A DNA stretch of 64,000 bases from Malacoraja senta (Eukaryota). The stretch covers positions 1,490,001-1,554,000 of the forward strand of contig CM075995.1 in assembly GCA_038087875.1 (NCBI GenBank), written 5' to 3'. The notes under the pieces are model-generated. The model was not told where the DNA came from. It saw nothing but the letters and a program-made list of their open reading frames with translations, and ran no database searches. Both the position numbers and the translations under genes were made by a program. This document shows, one piece after another, positions 59,994 to 64,000 of the stretch. How positions within the stretch are numbered: position 1 is the first letter of the stretch; every line of letters begins with the position of its first letter.

Positions 59994-61984
59994 CAGTTGC
60001 GGACCTACATCTTTGGGGCCCTGAAGCTTGAACTGTTATGGGGGCCCCTTCGCAACCAGCAACTATGTCTGGGTAACCACTGTTATCTTCTGCAATGGGG
60101 CTGTCCCACGACAGATCACCACAAATTTAATTTCTGTCATAAATGTTAATAGTGTTTTAAGTTATTGAGAATTATTTTATAATTATTTTATATTAAATAT
60201 ATTTAGAATGAATATTAATTTGAACGTTTTTTTGTTTACGGCTAGCCTACATACTTTAATAACTTTTAAATTTTATTTTAACTTTTATTTTGTATTGAAT
60301 TAACTATATTATTAATATTAGTATTTTTTTTAAACCCTTCTCCATGCAGTAGATCCAATTTTTTTAAGCAATGCAGACTAAGCAATGATATTCACCTCCA
60401 GAAAAAAAGTAGGAAGTATTGGCCAGGGGTCCAGGAGGCTGACTAGGCCCCCGGCAGGGTCCAGGGGCAGCGCCCCCGGTGGGGGTTCAGAGGAAAACGC
60501 CCCCTGAAGCTCCTGCATTTTCAATAAATTGAAAGTGATTCCCAAGTTTTCTGCTAGTAGTTTACGTAACAGAAGCTTAGAATTTTTCTAACACATAAGC
60601 AGTAAAATAAACCCCAAAAGATTTATATTTCATGAAATAGACAATAAACAATAGGTGCAGAAGGAGGCCATTCTGCCCTTCGAGCCAGCATCGCCATTCA
60701 CTGTGATCATGGCTGATCATCCACAATCAGTACCCCGTTCCTGCCTTCTCCCCATATCCCTTGACTCTGCTATCTTTAAGAGCTCCATCTATCTCTCTCT
60801 TGAAAGCCTCCACAGAATTGGCCTCCACCGCCCTCTGAGGCAGAGAATTCCACAGATTCACAACTCTCTGTGTGAAAAAGCACTTCCTCATCTCCGTTCT
60901 AAATGGCCTCCCCCTTATTCTTAAACTGTGGCCCCTGGTTCTGGACTCCCCCAACATTGGAAACATGTTTCCTGCCTCCAGCGTGTCCAAACCCTTAATA
61001 ATCTTATGTGTTTCAATAAATGGCCTCATACAGCTAAAAACATCTTTACAAAAAATCTGTTACCTGAAATGTCTCTTTACCTAGCACTGAGATGAGAAAA
61101 AACTTTTTCACCCAGAGTTGTGAATGTGTGGAATTCTCTGCCACAGAAGGCAGTGGTCTCATCTCCTTCAGCAGCACCTTGGTCTCCCTTCCTGAGTTTA
61201 GACACTCACTTCTCCTCACCTCACCTACGCTCACTCCCCCTCACCCACACACTTACACCTCGACTAATCCCCTCACCTCACTAAACCCCTCGCCTCTACG
61301 ATACCTCACTACCAAACTTCTCTCCTCACACCTAAACCTCGCCTCGACTAAACCGTACCTCACTAAACCTCGCCCCTCAAATAAACCTCACACCTCACAC
61401 CTTAACCCCACGTCAACTTAACTCAACGTCCCACCTCACGACAACACCTCACACCTAATCCGCTCCTCGACTAATCGCCGCCTCTCTCCCGCTCCTGCTA
61501 TTTATAGCCCTCCCCCCCCCACGGCACCTCACGTGAGCGGAATGGCCTCAACCAGGGGGGGCGGGGCCGGGCATGGAGAGCGGCGCAGGTGACCTGCCCA
61601 AGAGAGCCGGTGGGAGGGGAGGGGCGCACGCGCGCTGACGTTGACGTCGAGCCCGAGCCACGCCGCCCCCGCCCACGGCGCCGCAGCCCCTCCCCGCGTG
61701 AGCGGGTGAGAGGTGGCGATTAGCCGAGGCCCAGATTAGGTGTGAGGTGGGAGGTTTAGTCGAGGCGAGGTTTAGTGAGTTGAGGTTTAAGTGTGAGGTG
61801 AAGTTTAGTTGAGGCGAGGGGTTTAGTCGAGGTGAAAAATCAGATTCATTTCTAGGAAAACAAAAAAATTGGAATTCCGATTTAAATTGGAAGAATATCT
61901 GGACCAAAGTCACTTCTGGGGCCCCTCTGGGATTAGGGGCCCTGAAGCTTAAACTTTATTAGTTTCATAGGAGATCCACCCGTG
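59994..61984. mobile_element. Non-autonomous hAT-like DNA transposon splitting a V-SINE, with nested CR1 pieces
   Basis: 8-bp TSD CGCGTGGG (59986-59993) / CGTGTGGG (61985-61992); degenerate TIRs; subterminal GGGGCCCTGAAGCTT at both ends. Confidence 0.7.
60637..61018 (-). mobile_element. CR1 3' fragment nested in the hAT-like element
   Basis: ORF 60727-61029 ending GYGEKAGTGY. Confidence 0.85.
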
Positions 61985-63241
61985 CGTGTGGGTTACCTCC
62001 GGGTGCTCCGGTTTCCACCCACACTCCAAAGACGTACAGGTTTGTAGGTTAATTGGCTCGGTATAAATGTAAAATTGTCCCTAGTGTGTGTAGGATAGTG
62101 TTAGTGAACAATTGGGTCAACATATGATGAGTGTTTGACGGCACTGGGCATGTTCTCGCAGGAGTTTAGATTTGATGAGTCGGGAACCTCATTGAAATTT
62201 ACCAAATGGTGAAAGACCTGGATAGAGTGGATGTGGAGAGGATGTTTCCACTAGTGGGAGTGTCCAGGACCAGAGGCCATAGCCTCAGAATAAAAGGATG
62301 TACCTCTAGAAAGGAGATGAGGAGGAATTTCTTTAGTCAGTTGGTGGTGAATCTGGGAATTCGTCGCCACAGGTGGCTGTTGAGGCCATCATTCGATTTT
62401 TTAGGCACAGATTGACATATTCTTGAATAGTAAGAGTGTCAGGGGTTTTTCTGGAGAAAGCAGGAGAATGGGTTTAGGAGGGAAAGATAGATCAGCCATG
62501 ATTGAATGGTGGAGTAGACTTGATGTGCCGAATGGCCTAATTCTGCTCCCATCACTTATGAACATATATGATGCCCAAAACTGCTGAAAATACTCCAAAT
62601 GATGTCTGACCACTTGCTGATAAAGCCCCAGCATTACATCCCCGTTATTATATTCTATTCCTCTCAAAATAAATGCTAGTGGAAAGACATAAAAGATATG
62701 ACAGTTCTTATTATCATCCTTCGATGAAGGCTTCATTCATTAAGGTCTGTTTAGTTTATTTTCACGTGGACCGAGATATAGTGAAAAGCTTTTGTTGCGT
62801 GCTAACCAGTCAGCGGAAAGACAATGCATGATTACAATCGAGCCATTTACAGTGTATAGATGCATGATAAGGGAATAACGTTTAGTGCAAGGTAAAGCCA
62901 GCAAAGTCCGGTCAAGGATAGTCCGAGGGTCATCAAAGAGGTAGATAGTAGTTCAGCACTGCTCTCTGGTTGTGCTGGGATGATTCAGTTGCCTGATAAC
63001 AGCTGGGAAGAAACTGTCCGTGAATCTGGAGGTGTGCGTTTTCACACTTCTACACCTTTTGCCAGAAAATATACTTTTTATTTTCTTCATTTTTCAAACT
63101 GTGCTACATGAGTTCAGAACTATCAAATGATACGTTTTAAAATCCAGCACAAACTGCCCAATTGTCCCAACATATTTGATCTCATGGAGAGGTAAAATTG
63201 CCCATCAGCATGAATTCAGAAAGAACGTGCGCAGGAAATAG

Positions 63242-63441
63242 NNNNNNNNNNNNNNNNNNNNNNNNNNNNNNNNNNNNNNNNNNNNNNNNNNNNNNNNNNN
63301 NNNNNNNNNNNNNNNNNNNNNNNNNNNNNNNNNNNNNNNNNNNNNNNNNNNNNNNNNNNNNNNNNNNNNNNNNNNNNNNNNNNNNNNNNNNNNNNNNNNN
63401 NNNNNNNNNNNNNNNNNNNNNNNNNNNNNNNNNNNNNNNNN
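63242..63441. other. Assembly gap (200 N)
   Basis: N run. Confidence 1.
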
Positions 63442-64000
63442 TTCCTGCTAGGATCCCTTTCCAGTCTACCTTGGCCAGCTCCACTCTCATGCCTTCATAG
63501 TCCCCTTTGTTCAACTGCATCACTGACACTTCCGATTTAACCTTCTCCTTCTCGCAGATTAAAACTAATCATATTATGATCACTACCTCCAAGCGGTTCC
63601 TTTACCTCGAGTTGTCTTATCAAATTTGGTTCATTGGACAACACTAAATCCAGAATTGCCTTTGCTCTGGTCGGCTCCATTACAAGCTGCTCGAAGAATC
63701 CATCTCGGAGGCATTCTACAAACTCTCTTTCTTGGGGTCCTGAACCAACCTGATTTCCCCTGTCTACCTGCATATTGTAATCCCCCATCACCACAGTGGC
63801 ATTACCTTTGTTACATGCCAGTTTTAACTCCTGCTGCAACTTACACCCTACATCCAGGCTACTATTTGGGGGTCTGTAGATAACACCAATTAGTGTCTTC
63901 TTGCCTTTGCAAATTCCTCAACTCAATCCACAGTGACTCTATCTCTTCAGTCCCTATGTCTTCCCTCGCAAGGGACTGAATTCCATCCCTCACCAGAAGA
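63442..64000 (-). mobile_element. CR1 ORF2 apurinic-endonuclease region, truncated by the gap and the window edge
   Basis: VMGDYN...EPTR..AILDLVLSN...LGGSDHNMISF. Confidence 0.88.

Overview
Eukaryotic, repeat-saturated intergenic or intronic DNA with two 200-N gaps (37818-38017, 63242-63441). It most likely comes from a cartilaginous fish (skate/ray-like); this is inferred from the HE1-type V-SINEs and HER1/CR1-type LINEs, not from a search. No host protein-coding gene can be confidently called. The main features are three DIRS1-like tyrosine-recombinase retrotransposons. One is structurally complete at 20776-25495 (-), with ITRs, an ICR and AAT/ATT junctions. The other two form a nested pair at 38018-50864, where the minus-strand copy is joined precisely at the ICR junction of a plus-strand copy. 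The rest of the window holds many CR1 and Rex1/Babar LINE fragments, V-SINEs, one teleost-AFC-like CORE-SINE, Harbinger and hAT MITEs, a non-autonomous Helitron, L1-type poly(A) tails, and many short, often palindromic Penelope-like repeats with a minimal hammerhead-ribozyme-like core. Most notable: (1) DIRS-into-ICR nesting; (2) conserved splice signals suggesting how DIRS gag, pol and YR are expressed; (3) hammerhead-like palindromic insertions with TSDs; (4) two micro-hotspots where three unrelated elements inserted within 15-35 bp. Coordinates of old fragments are approximate and were read by eye.
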